From the sequence record NZ_CP136150.1: DNA of 64,000 nt; one strand, 5' to 3'. The notes under the pieces were generated by a model that saw only the letters and a program-made list of their open reading frames with translations, was not told the DNA's origin and did no database searches. A program made the translations under genes and the position numbers. This stretch comes from a plasmid. Below are positions 19,918-31,821 of the stretch, one piece after another (within the stretch, counting starts at the first letter, position 1; every line of letters begins with the position of its first letter).

Positions 19918-20657
19918 CAGCTGCCCTCCCCGTCACGGATGACGTACACGTCCATTCGTGTACCGGCCAGTAGCTGGCTGACGGGCTGGCTGAACATCAC
20001 GGCGCGGATTCCTGGCTGCCAGAAATCACTTTCCCTGATGTTCAGGGCAGACGGCGTTTTATTTTCCACAGCAAACCGTACCAGTTTCAGGTGATTGCCG
20101 GTCCACACAGCGTCAGCCCGGGCAGACAGACCGGCCGGGGCCTGCAGCGCTTCTTTCGTGACGGGGATCTGATACCAGCCGGCAGGCAGCGTACCTCCAC
20201 GTACTGCCTGGCTGACGGCAACCAGCAGGGATTCATATGGGGTGGCCGTTTCCCATGCGCCAGCCTCCTCCCCGGTTCCGCGCAGATCGCTGACCAGTTG
20301 TACGGTGCGCCCGGCACCGGCCCGGGGGACGGCCCGGACGGAAAAGTTCAGCCCGCGCTCCGTCTCCAGAATGAAGGTGAACGGCTTTTTACTGACCGTG
20401 GCCACCACCACGCCGCCCGCGCCTGTCTGCTCACTGTTTGTCAGCATGCCGTCCAGACCGCTGACCGCAGTGATACGGTCACCCGGCACCGTAAACAGGT
20501 TCGGGTCGGTGTTGCTGACAGCAATGTTCGCCTGACCGCCGTTAGCCAGGGACACCACCACCGGGGCCAGCGTACCGGAACCCGACGCCATCACCAGACC
20601 GGAAAATAACCATCCGGCCGCCAGTAAAAATGGCTTATACGGCTTATTTTTTCGCAT
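19917..20657 (-). CDS. traK: F-type T4SS protein TraK (secretin-like)
   Basis: 246 aa with a signal peptide. Gene order is traE-traK-traB. Confidence 0.88.
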
Positions 20658-21210
20658 CGTCTGTTTCCCCGAAAATATCCAGCCAGGTCACGCCGTTTTC
20701 CCGTTTCAGAATAAGAATGTAATGTCTGATGTCGGTAAACGGTTTTGAATCTCCAATCCAGGTTTTCAGCACACCGCGAATTTCCACGCGGCCATACTGT
20801 GGCCAGACCCTGACACTGGTCTGGAAAAAAGCGGAGTTAACGTTGTCGGCCTTAATTCGTCTCGCTTCTTCTGCCAGAATGACTTTCATTTGGTTCTGTG
20901 CACCCGGACGAATATATTGCAGAAGTGCCTGGTGTGACGCGTCGACGGTTTCTGACGACACATTCAGACGCAGGGCAATAAACGACAGTGCCATCTGCTG
21001 TAAATAAGAGGCATCGGCACTGTTCTGTGACACCGCAAAGGGCGCGTTAAATCCCATAGGGGTGACTGCCGTGCGTTGCTCATTCTGCAGCCGGTAGTTA
21101 TTAATACCCTGAATGACATTCACGGCCAGACTGAGCACAATCAGCAGGGCCATAAAAATAAAACTTATCGCCAGTACGCGGCTGGTACTTAAACGGGCGC
21201 CGTGTTCCAT
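20644..21210 (-). CDS. traE: F-type T4SS protein TraE
   Basis: 188 aa with an N-terminal TM segment. Conserved F TraE pattern. Confidence 0.88.
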   Translation of the reverse strand: MEHGARLSTSRVLAISFIFMALLIVLSLAVNVIQGINNYRLQNEQRTAVTPMGFNAPFAVSQNSADASYLQQMALSFIALRLNVSSETVDASHQALLQYIRPGAQNQMKVILAEEARRIKADNVNSAFFQTSVRVWPQYGRVEIRGVLKTWIGDSKPFTDIRHYILILKRENGVTWLDIFGETDDAKK

Positions 21211-21231
21211 ATACTCATCCCGGAATAATGA

Positions 21232-21543
21232 TTACTTAATCCACTGCCGGAAACACGAATCGGGAACGTTATGAAAAATACCGCGAAGGAGGGCTGTCGG
21301 CATATACCAGTAAATCAGGTCACGCAGCCAGGAGCTTCCCCGTCCTTTTTTCACTTTTCTTATCCCGAAATAAACCAGAACCGCAGCGCTGATGCCGAAA
21401 AGTTGTTTTGATGTCATTAATCCCCAGCCAATACAGACAGCAGCAGGAATTAATTCATCCACCGGCAGGCCAAACCAGCGGCTCTGGTTGGTCAGTGTTT
21501 CCGGGAAACGATATTTCCTGAGTTTATTCTCGTCTCCCGACAT
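21232..21543 (-). CDS. traL: F-type T4SS protein TraL
   Basis: [32 protein letters not shown]...IGWG... matches TraL. The internal start is preferred over the track start. Confidence 0.85.
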   Translation of the reverse strand: MSGDENKLRKYRFPETLTNQSRWFGLPVDELIPAAVCIGWGLMTSKQLFGISAAVLVYFGIRKVKKGRGSSWLRDLIYWYMPTALLRGIFHNVPDSCFRQWIK

Positions 21544-21557
21544 GGTCTTATTTCCTG

Positions 21558-21920
21558 TCAGAGGCCGACGACAGCCATACCAACGGCAATAAAGACCGAG
21601 ATGATGGCAAAACCCGCCAGGAACTTGACGTTCTTGGTCATCATGTACATCACGGCACCGACCAGCACTTCCGCGAGAATAACCCACTTGACGGCGCTGG
21701 AATCCTTACCAAATGTCGCCTTAACCGTACCGTTACCGCTGGCCATCAGGTCCTGCGAACCGCCGGCAGCCATTGCCAGTTGCGGGAAAAAGAACATCAG
21801 CACTGCCGCCGGGATCACTGCGCGGGCAAGTTTCAGCAGGTTCAGACGTGTGAACTCAGAAAAAAACGATTTCTTTTTAACGGGCGCAGAAGCACCCTGA
21901 ACACTTAAAATAGCGCTCAT
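21558..21920 (-). CDS. traA: F-pilin precursor TraA
   Basis: Near-identical to F propilin (…[46 protein letters not shown]…[25 protein letters not shown]). Confidence 0.92.
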   Translation of the reverse strand: MSAILSVQGASAPVKKKSFFSEFTRLNLLKLARAVIPAAVLMFFFPQLAMAAGGSQDLMASGNGTVKATFGKDSSAVKWVILAEVLVGAVMYMMTKNVKFLAGFAIISVFIAVGMAVVGL

Positions 21921-21961
21921 ATGGTTCCTCTTTTGAGTAATATCAACTATAAATACGAAAG

Positions 21962-22189
21962 TTAAATCTCTTTAAATGTGGACTCTGTTTCTTCAATTAC
22001 CTCCCTGAAAATTTCTTCATTATAGAAATCCGGATATCGCTTCAGATGGTCCCTCAGACGAATCTGAACTTCTATTGTTTTACTTCTTCCACTCCGATCT
22101 TTAGCCCTGATAAGACGGTTATTCGTATCTTCATCGAGATACACTGAGACAGTTCGACTTATCCCCTCTCTTGCGTTTCTCCTCCTCAC
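21962..22189 (-). CDS. traY: Relaxosome accessory protein TraY
   Basis: 75-aa ribbon-helix-helix protein between traJ and traA. Confidence 0.75.
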   Translation of the reverse strand: MRRRNAREGISRTVSVYLDEDTNNRLIRAKDRSGRSKTIEVQIRLRDHLKRYPDFYNEEIFREVIEETESTFKEI

Positions 22190-22282
22190 AAATTCACCTC
22201 TGCTTACACGACTAATAAACTTATGATTACACGGAAAACGGCAAAAAAAAACACGCCAAAAATGGCGCGCCTTAATTTACAT

Positions 22283-23028
22283 TTATTTAACACAATAAAA
22301 TTCACGAATAATATCTATCAATGACATTATTTTACCTTTAGAAATACATGATATTCTGAATGAGTCGAAAGATTCATAATTCCTTTTAATTTTACGTTTA
22401 ACAGGTTTGATTCTGTCTTCTGATGCTCTGATAGTAATACCTAATTCTTTAGCTATATTTGCGTGACTAACTCCTAATGTATAAAAAGAAAAAACAAGCA
22501 AAGTACCGGGAGACAGTTCGTTCCAGAATGATTCATTTCCTGAGATAGACAAATTTTTACTTTTTGTGTCAGGAGAAAAAAATGGATGATCTGGAAATAA
22601 ATTTATCTGCCACAACACAATTATCTCATTATTATCGAATGAAATATTCTCCATTCTTATCTGATAAATTTCCCCATGAAAATTAAAACGCCGGCAAAAA
22701 GCAGCTCCATGTCCAAGCGACTGACATTCAAGTTCCAGGGATGACAGAAAACTTCAACCTGATAACGATTATAACTTTCTCCGGAAAGAGGCTGATCCTC
22801 TTTAGAGAAGAGTTCAATAAAGGCCCCATTTGCGTAAAGGATTTTCCGGCTTTGATTACGGACGCAAACAGGAACTGGTGAGTTTTTATAGATCTCCTGA
22901 ATACTCAGAATGTATTTATTTACAGATTGACTGGCGAGTGTTCTTTCTCTACGATCCGTCGGACACATAGGAACCTCCCTAAAGGATTCTATGGACAGTC
23001 GATGCAGGGAGGTGAGAACTCCCTGCAT
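22283..23028 (-). pseudogene. traJ: traJ activator gene present as two adjacent ORFs in different frames
   Basis: The N-terminal ORF is 22657..23028. The C-terminal ORF 22283..22654 carries the TraJ-like EIIVLWQ and HTH ([20 protein letters not shown]). Its open frame extends back well past the first ORF's stop, so the frame change lies within the upstream ORF. Confidence 0.55.
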
Positions 23029-23161
23029 CGGCGATTTAACTTAATTTTTTAACGTAGCGTTAACTACAAAGACACTATATTGTTTTTAGACTTAATTTGT
23101 CACTATATTTTTATAGATCAACATACTTTTATTTAAAGTAAATCAGAATTTAATCCCGCTA

Positions 23162-23542
23162 TTATTCTTCATTTTCATGGAAAAATCTTTCCATCTCTGA
23201 AGATACTTTTTCTTTGATATCTTCAACCATATTTGCATATTCAAATTTTGGATTTCCGGCGACATGAGGGCTGAGAGATCCTATACCTAAAATTTTGGCT
23301 ACGGATGACTGTGTTTTAAGTACATTTTCAAGTAATACTTTATTGAATTCTGTCTGATTAAATGGCGACTCCTTACGCTCCATTTGTGCCTCATAGACAC
23401 GAAGCCCTAATTCCAGCAACATCGAAGATGTACCAGAAAAACTGATATCTTTATCTCTCGCCCCTTCTTGGCGTCGTTTTTCCACAATAGCAGTTATTTT
23501 ATTGTGTACCTCATTACTTATATATACATTGACTTTAGCCAT
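23162..23542 (-). CDS. traM: Relaxosome protein TraM
   Basis: MAKVNVYISNEV..KI..IVEKRRQEGA... closely matches F TraM. Confidence 0.9.
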   Translation of the reverse strand: MAKVNVYISNEVHNKITAIVEKRRQEGARDKDISFSGTSSMLLELGLRVYEAQMERKESPFNQTEFNKVLLENVLKTQSSVAKILGIGSLSPHVAGNPKFEYANMVEDIKEKVSSEMERFFHENEE

Positions 23543-23900
23543 TCACTATCACCTTTTTTTCCGCAACAAATAAGAACATTATAAACTCCGGATTCAGGAG
23601 CACTCTGTAAGGGGTAACACCCCTGGCAGCGCCCCCAGGGGTGTTACTTAAAAACAGGCACAGCGACGCTAGCAGCGCCCCTGATATAATGCAATGTTTT
23701 TTATAAAAATAGTCAGTACTACCCCTGTATAGCGTCGTCATAGCGGTGCCGGCGACGTGCCTGCACCGCTATTTAATACTTTAAAATAAATTAAATTACA
23801 TTATTATGAACATAACTCACTGTTACTAAAAACAAATCAGCAAAATTTTAATTTTGCGTGGGGTGTGGTGCTTTTGGTGGTGAGGACGGCAAATTTGTTG
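23543..23900 (+). other. oriT: oriT region with an F-type nic sequence (gcgtggggtgt^ggtgctttt, nick near 23866/23867) and TraM/TraY/IHF-type repeats
   Basis: The F nic-site sequence is recognised at 23856-23875. The region lies between traM and gene X and contains inverted repeats. Confidence 0.8.
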
Positions 23901-23957
23901 AGTATGGAGCTGGAGTGGGTTAAGTTATTACCGGATGACTACGCAAGAGGCAAATTA

Positions 23958-24428
23958 ATGTATAAATGGCTCCTGTCTGTCCTCCTGGTATTAATGAGCA
24001 CGGTAGTCCATGCCGCTGACTGTTTTGATCTGGCCGGGAGAGACTATAAAATAGATCCGGATTTACTGCGGGCGATTTCATGGAAGGAATCCCGTAACCG
24101 GGTTAATGCCGTCGGTATTAACCCGGTTACGGGATATGGCTCGGGATTAATGCAGGTTGACTCTCAGCACTTTAAAGAACTGGCTCGTTATGGAATAAAA
24201 CCGGAACAACTTGTCTCCGATCCCTGCCTGAATATTTACACCGGAGCTTATTATCTGGCAATCGCATTCAGAAAGTGGGGGGTATCCTGGACAGCAGTCG
24301 GAGCGTACAACGCCGGATTTAAAAAGACTCCCCTTCAGGATGCGCGTCGTCTGGACTATGCGACTGATGTACACCGAATCTGGATCGCGATAAAACAAAG
24401 TAAAACCAGGCAGACTCCCGCCCGATGA
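23958..24428 (+). CDS. Leading-region lytic transglycosylase (gene X / orf169)
   Basis: …[60 protein letters not shown]… matches F orf169. Start is assigned at [19 protein letters not shown]. Confidence 0.8.
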   Translation: MYKWLLSVLLVLMSTVVHAADCFDLAGRDYKIDPDLLRAISWKESRNRVNAVGINPVTGYGSGLMQVDSQHFKELARYGIKPEQLVSDPCLNIYTGAYYLAIAFRKWGVSWTAVGAYNAGFKKTPLQDARRLDYATDVHRIWIAIKQSKTRQTPAR

Positions 24429-24704
24429 TCCCCTTTTTGTATCCGGCAAGCAGAAGAAGGGATAATATTATCAACCGAAACCCATATATTTTTTATGCCG
24501 CATAGCAGAATGGAATAAACACAGAAATGTAATACTGACTGCCCGGAATCCCGCGAAACGGGAACCCGTTATCATATCTTCTTCCACCCTGTCAGATCCG
24601 TTTTTATCGCTGGCACATAAATGACAGAAAACGATGAAGTCTGTTGATTAAAATGGGATGTTACAGACAATCTGACAATGTCCGGGAAGAATAACATAAG
24701 TAAA

Positions 24705-24739
24705 GCCCCGAAAAATTTTCGGGGCTTTACTTATGTTAT
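24705..24739. terminator. Perfect 15-bp-arm palindrome, probable bidirectional rho-independent terminator
   Basis: aagtaaagccccgaaaaattttcggggctttactt. Confidence 0.5.
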
Positions 24740-24950
24740 TATGACTTACATTCACGAAACTGTTCAGCAATCATCCACAGCGCCTTGTTTAACCGGATAT
24801 CACCATTAATACCGGTAACTGCCCTGATCCGGGTATTTTTTCCGGGGCATTCCTGCCGGGTAACCCACTCTTCATCATATTCTTCTGTACACGCTGATAT
24901 GTTGTCCACAGGTCATTTTGTTTATCTTCCCGACGACGTGGAGTAATTAT

Positions 24951-25557
24951 TTATTCAGGAGAAACAGGGATTTTATTTTCGTCCTCATATCTGACAGTCA
25001 GTGCCGCTTTACCAAACAGATATTGCTCATCCTGATTAAGTATCACTGACTTCATTGACTCCATATTTTCGGTGGCTTTATCGAAGATCCCCATAACCTC
25101 ATAATCCCCCTCAATCACCTGCCCAACAATATCTCCCTTGTGTGGCACACGTATTTCACCAAAATGATCCGCATACCAGTCCATTTGTACAGATAAATCT
25201 GAACAGCCCGGGAACCATCTGATAACTTGACGAACCGTCATGAGAATTGAGCAAAATAATTTCCGGAACCTCTTTCCCATTAATCTGTCATTCACGACGA
25301 AAACGCAGCATATGTTTACTGTATTCCCGGCGACTTAAATCACGTACACGACTCTGGCAGGCAAAGAACGACTGAAAACCTTCCTCACGTAACCTGTTGA
25401 TGATATTAATGGTTGGAATATAAGTATAACGTTCGCTCCGGGATTCATGTTTGTCTCCGGAAAAAACTGAAGGCACAGTCTGCATTAATTCAGCGTCAGC
25501 CAAAGGACTCTCACGACGAATGGAATTCTGTCTACCAAAACGGGAAGCGAGTCTCAT
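24951..25557 (-). pseudogene. DUF932-family leading-region gene remnants, frameshifted and 3'-truncated
   Basis: ORF1 has ...GDKHESRSERYTYIPTINIINRLREEGFQ.FFACQ.RVRD..RREY.KHML. ORF2 has …GEIRVPHKGD.V..VIEG.YEV.G.FD…. They lie in different frames and the C-terminal third is missing. Confidence 0.45.
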
Positions 25558-25659
25558 AACGTATTCCTTATATAATTAATGAAAAAATTCTGAAGAAAAA
25601 GCAGTGACCGGAGACACCGCCATTTCCGTTAACACTCAAGTAACAAAAGCGGGTGTTAT

Positions 25660-25818
25660 TCAACAACGCTCCCCTTTAATCCCCTCGGTGAAGCCGGTGA
25701 TCCAGTCACGTACAGACCGGATAAAACCATACTGAATACCGTAATGATCTGCGGCTTCCTGACCATACGCGACACTCATGGCCGCACGATCAGCAGCGGC
25801 TACCAGCTGGCTTTTCAT
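25660..25818 (-). CDS. Small 52-aa ORF translationally coupled to a 12-codon upstream ORF
   Basis: AAGGAG RBS, then MRNSESTERWWKK, whose TGA overlaps the ATG of MKSQLVAAADRAAMSVAYGQEAADHYGIQYGFIRSVRDWITGFTEGIKGERC. Confidence 0.3.
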   Translation of the reverse strand: MKSQLVAAADRAAMSVAYGQEAADHYGIQYGFIRSVRDWITGFTEGIKGERC

Positions 25819-26046
25819 TTTTTCCACCATCTTTCAGTAGATTCAGAGTTACGCATGATATCTCCTTTCGATAACGGGGCGGGGATATTCCCCGCCATCC
25901 GGGTCACTTCCTGAGTTCAGTTCCGGCAAACTGCGCCATCAGGTGAAGCATCTGTGCTATTTCATCCACTTTTTGCTGCAATGGCGGCGTTGCCACCGGG
26001 ATGAGCCGGATTTGGGGTCTGACGCTCAGTGGAACGAAAACTCACG

Positions 26047-29000
26047 TTAAGCAACGTTTTCTGCCTCTGACGCCTCTTTTAATGGTCTCAGATGTCCTTT
26101 GGTCACCAGTTCTGCCAGCGTGAAGGAATAATGGCCGAGCATATTGATATGTCCGTGGCAAAGCGGGGAGAGGCGTGCGATATCTTCATCATTCAGTGTT
26201 TCACCCTGCGCCCGGAGATGATCCAGGGCTGCCTGCATATAAATAGTGTTCCATAACACGACGGCGTTAGTGACCAGCCCCAGTGTGCCCAGTTGATCTT
26301 CCTGACCGTCGGTATATCGTTTTCTTATCTCACCTTTTTGACCGTGACAGATGGCTCTGGCAACGGCATGGCGACTTTCTCCCCGATTAAGCTGGGTCAG
26401 AATGCGCCGGCGGTAATCTTCATCATCAATATAATTAAGCAGATACAGCGTTTTGTTGATGCGCCCCACTTCAATGATTGCCTGAGTCAGTCCGGAAGGA
26501 CGTTCACTTTTCAGCAATGAACGGACCAGCACTGAAACCTGTACTTTGCCCAGCTTCAGGGAGCCAGCGGTCCGGATCATTTCGTCCCACTGAAGGACTA
26601 TTTTTCGGGGATCTGATTGCCCTCTGGCAATATCATTCAGCACGCCATAGTCGGCATCATGGTCCATTCGCCAGAAAACCGAAGCACCGGCATCAGCCAG
26701 GCGTGGAGAAAACTGGTATCCCAGCAGCCAGAAAAGGCCAAAGACAAGTTCGCTGGCACCTGCTGTATCGGTCATAATTTCGGTTGGATTCAGCCCGGTC
26801 TCCTGTTCCAGAAGACCTTCCAGCACAAAGATAGAGTCCCTCAGCGTCCCCGGTATAACGATGCCATGAAAGCCGGAATACTGATCGGACACAAAGTTGT
26901 ACCAGGTGATCCCTCTGTTATTACCAAAGTATTTGCGGTTCGGTCCGGCATTGATTGTTCTGACTGGCGTAACAAAGCGCATTCCATCTGCAGATGCCAC
27001 TTCTCCTCCACCCCATATCTGTGCCAGTGGCAGCGTTGCCTGAAAATCAACCAGTCTGGCATTAGCGCTGGTGATAGTTTCAGCCCGCAGATAGTTCGCT
27101 TTTGTCCAGTTCAGCCGGTGTCGGGTCAGTGCAGGAACATTTGATCTGATCAGTGGTTCCAGACCGATATTGCAGGCTTCAGCCATCAGCACGGCGCTGA
27201 TGCTGACGGGCAGATCATCAACTCTGGCACTGGCTTCACTAGCATGGAAAAACTCATCAGCAAATCCGGTATGGGCGTTAATTTCGAGCAGCAACTCCGT
27301 TAAATCCACCGGAGGGAGTAGATCACTGATCATTTTGCTCAGTCGTTTCAGACTGTCCGGCTCATCAAGACTGGCGAGGGGAGAAATTGTCAACCGGGGC
27401 TTCGGGCCAGAAACATCGAGTTCGACAGCCTCATTTTCGCAAAGACGTGCAGCAACCTGTCTGTAACGACTATCAAGCTGATGACCCAGAGATTTTATTG
27501 CTTCCTGCGGGTCTGTCGGGTGCCCCAAAGAACGATAAACCTTAATCCGGTTTGCCTGCCAGTCAGCACCCTGTAGTAATCTTGCACGAGGATCTCCCCA
27601 CCGGTTACTGCCGGTAACGTAGACATCCCTCCGCCTCAGACTATCCTGCAGTTTACTGAGAAAGCAGAGCGTGTATCCCCTGCGGGTGATATGTTTTTCC
27701 TTGTTAATCACCAGCCGTTTCCATGACCGACTGATAATTTCCGTTGGTGCGTCGTCAAAAAACTGCCGCCGTGAGCTGAACTCCCGGCTGAGGTAGTCAC
27801 AGGCATTCAGAGTGGTAACCCCGGCAGGTGCGGATGAAAATTTAACGGTATTCAGCAGATGGGGCAGGAAACGACGAACGCGCCCGTACTGCTCCACCAT
27901 TTCTTCATGAAAATTATCGTCTGAGGGCCGGGCAATTTCACGGACAAGCGTGATGATTTCAGCCAGCTTTTGCCTTGGGATGTAGCTGAACACCTCAGCA
28001 CGAATCGATTCGTCCGGTGTTTCTTCTTTCAGCAGGTACGAACATGCGCTGGCGAGCGCCAATGCAGATTTATCCAGATCCTTCAGCGAGCGGAGCCGTT
28101 TTTTCTGCCCAATCTTTCTGGCGTCACGGATGATAACGGCCAGCATGGCGTCCAGAACGTCCAATGCATCATCCAGCGCCAGCGTTTCCCATGCAAGGAC
28201 AAAGGCAACCAGAACCGCCATCCTTTTCTGCGGTGACATCCTGGCAATATTGAACACCGAAGTCATACCAGCATAACGTGCGAGATTTTTCAGGCGCACA
28301 GCCGGGAGTGTACTCAGGTTTTCAGCATGCAGGCCAAAATCGTTCAGAGTTTTCCAGCGTTCAATTGCTTCATTAAACGCCGGACCACTGATGGTCACAG
28401 GGCCCTTTTTCAGTGATTCCAGTAAAGACAGGCGGCTGCAATCAGTTGGCCCCAGCAGCATCTCCAGCTGTGAACGCTGTTCGGCTGACGGTATCAGTGC
28501 CAGTTTGTTCCACAGGCGCAACGTCGCCTTTTCCCTTACCTCTGAAATCAACCGGGTCAGCGTAGTGGCTCCGGGGAGAATAATACGATGTTGCATAAGC
28601 CACCCTGTCGCCAGATCGAAAAGCAGGCCAGGACGTTCGTTGCTTATCCAGCTCCGGGTATATAAAAGACGGGTAAGGCGAAATGTCCAGGGCCAGGCAA
28701 ATTCACGATACTGATAGTGCTGACGTATCAGCGCTGCATGCTCACGGCGGGTATTTTCCCTCTGACCGTATTCTGCAAGAACGGTGATATCACGAATCCC
28801 GAGCTGTCTGGCGGTAAAATGCCGGACGCCGGAAGGAATATGATTCATATCGGTGAGGAAGGTGCCCAGAAAACGGACACATCCAATTTGCAGGGCAATG
28901 CCCAGACGGTTGTGATCACCTCTGCTTTTTCCGATAAATTCCTTGTCTGCTTCATCAAGGTGAAAATATCGTGCCAGCTGAAGCTCATCCGGTTCACCGG

Positions 29001-29052
29001 TGAATCTGCCATAGCTTTCAGTCTGCTCAGTGGTCAGAAAGTCAACGGGCAT
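26047..29052 (-). CDS. tnpA: Tn3 transposase TnpA
   Basis: 1001 aa from MPVDFLTTEQ.... DDE Tn3-family transposase. Confidence 0.95.
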   Translation of the reverse strand: MPVDFLTTEQTESYGRFTGEPDELQLARYFHLDEADKEFIGKSRGDHNRLGIALQIGCVRFLGTFLTDMNHIPSGVRHFTARQLGIRDITVLAEYGQRENTRREHAALIRQHYQYREFAWPWTFRLTRLLYTRSWISNERPGLLFDLATGWLMQHRIILPGATTLTRLISEVREKATLRLWNKLALIPSAEQRSQLEMLLGPTDCSRLSLLESLKKGPVTISGPAFNEAIERWKTLNDFGLHAENLSTLPAVRLKNLARYAGMTSVFNIARMSPQKRMAVLVAFVLAWETLALDDALDVLDAMLAVIIRDARKIGQKKRLRSLKDLDKSALALASACSYLLKEETPDESIRAEVFSYIPRQKLAEIITLVREIARPSDDNFHEEMVEQYGRVRRFLPHLLNTVKFSSAPAGVTTLNACDYLSREFSSRRQFFDDAPTEIISRSWKRLVINKEKHITRRGYTLCFLSKLQDSLRRRDVYVTGSNRWGDPRARLLQGADWQANRIKVYRSLGHPTDPQEAIKSLGHQLDSRYRQVAARLCENEAVELDVSGPKPRLTISPLASLDEPDSLKRLSKMISDLLPPVDLTELLLEINAHTGFADEFFHASEASARVDDLPVSISAVLMAEACNIGLEPLIRSNVPALTRHRLNWTKANYLRAETITSANARLVDFQATLPLAQIWGGGEVASADGMRFVTPVRTINAGPNRKYFGNNRGITWYNFVSDQYSGFHGIVIPGTLRDSIFVLEGLLEQETGLNPTEIMTDTAGASELVFGLFWLLGYQFSPRLADAGASVFWRMDHDADYGVLNDIARGQSDPRKIVLQWDEMIRTAGSLKLGKVQVSVLVRSLLKSERPSGLTQAIIEVGRINKTLYLLNYIDDEDYRRRILTQLNRGESRHAVARAICHGQKGEIRKRYTDGQEDQLGTLGLVTNAVVLWNTIYMQAALDHLRAQGETLNDEDIARLSPLCHGHINMLGHYSFTLAELVTKGHLRPLKEASEAENVA

Positions 29053-29773
<721 letters not shown>

Positions 29774-29943
29774 TACGCCTATTTTTATAGGTTAATGTCA
29801 TGATAATAATGGTTTCTTAGACGTCAGGTGGCACTTTTCGGGGAAATGTGCGCGGAACCCCTATTTGTTTATTTTTCTAAATACATTCAAATATGTATCC
29901 GCTCATGAGACAATAACCCTGGTAAATGCTTCAATAATATTGA

Positions 29944-30816
<873 letters not shown>

Positions 30817-31021
30817 CTGTCAGACCAAGTTTACTCATATATACTTTAGATTGATTTAAAACTTCATTTTTAATTTAAAAGGATCTAGGTGAAGATCCTT
30901 TTTGATAATCTCATGACCAAAATCCCTTAACGTGAGTTTTCGTTCCACTGAGCGTCAGACCCCGATTTGTACCTCCAGCTGATCCATCAGCCGGGCGGTC
31001 TGCGTTTCCAGACGGGCTTTA

Positions 31022-31681
31022 TCAGGGAAGTCGCCCGGGCCTCCGGTTCGTCAGCTTGTTGGGTACCTGCCAACGTTCGGCCTCGCGCACATATACCGGG
31101 TTTTCCCGGACGATGAACCAGATTTCATACATCACGTTGTACAGCGGCTCATCACTGTCGCGCAGCCAGTCCAGCGACGTCAGCGAGGTAAACCGCGTCC
31201 GCCACTGCCAGAACCCCTGCGCCAGCTCCCGCGCGTCAAACTCGTCAGCCCAGCGCGTATACCAGGCATTGACGGTTTCCGGCGACTGAAAGTTAAGCTC
31301 CGTCATGGCCTGCCCCAGCAGGTTCTGGCGCAGCAGCCAGGCATGTTCCAGCGCTTTTTCCTCCCGGCGCATTTTGCGGTTAAAGGCGATTTTCTCACGC
31401 TGCATCCGGCGATCTGTGCGCGCGTGTATCACCTCCGGGAACAGTTCGGCCTGCACATCCACGGAGAGTGGTAGCGGGCAATACTCCCCGTGGCTGGAGA
31501 TGAGGCGGTCCAGCGCCTCTTCCACCTGTTTCAGGCTGGTCAGCCGGTTCTTCGGCTCCCAGTTCAGGCCGGGAATACGCTGTGCCACTGTCGTGTTAAT
31601 CCGGCTGCTGCCGCTCAGCACGCGCAAAAAAGTACGCGCATGTGGCAGGGCGGGCAGACGTGCTCCACGGCGGCGGGACAT
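31022..31681 (-). CDS. psiA: PsiA (plasmid SOS inhibition protein A), N-terminally shortened by the psiB-psiA deletion
   Basis: ...FLRVLSGSSRI... aligns to F PsiA about residues 36-60. The ATG sits at the deletion junction. Confidence 0.55.
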   Translation of the reverse strand: MSRRRGARLPALPHARTFLRVLSGSSRINTTVAQRIPGLNWEPKNRLTSLKQVEEALDRLISSHGEYCPLPLSVDVQAELFPEVIHARTDRRMQREKIAFNRKMRREEKALEHAWLLRQNLLGQAMTELNFQSPETVNAWYTRWADEFDARELAQGFWQWRTRFTSLTSLDWLRDSDEPLYNVMYEIWFIVRENPVYVREAERWQVPNKLTNRRPGRLP

Positions 31682-31782
31682 GTCAGTTCACGGCGCAGGT
31701 CTTCGCCGCCGTCGCGCCAGTCTTCGAATTCCTGGGGGATCATTGTACTCAATACAGCGGGGGTAATAATGTTACGCATCAT
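31681..31782 (-). pseudogene. psiB: psiB remnant: the first ~34 codons fused out of frame to psiA
   Basis: AAGGAG RBS, then MMRNIITPAVLSTMIPQEFEDWRDGGEDLRRELT, matching the F PsiB N-terminus (…[29 protein letters not shown]…). It then reads into psiA out of frame. Confidence 0.55.
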
Positions 31783-31821
31783 TTTCTCCTTGCTGCCGCC
31801 CCCGAAGGGCGGCCTCCGTTA

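Noticed and set aside
24430-25000. Searched for a hok/sok (flm) killer locus in the leading region
   Set aside because: No Hok-like hydrophobic ~50-aa ORF found. Small ORFs here (for example MMKSGLPGRNAPEKIPGSGQLPVLMVISG) do not resemble Hok or Mok.
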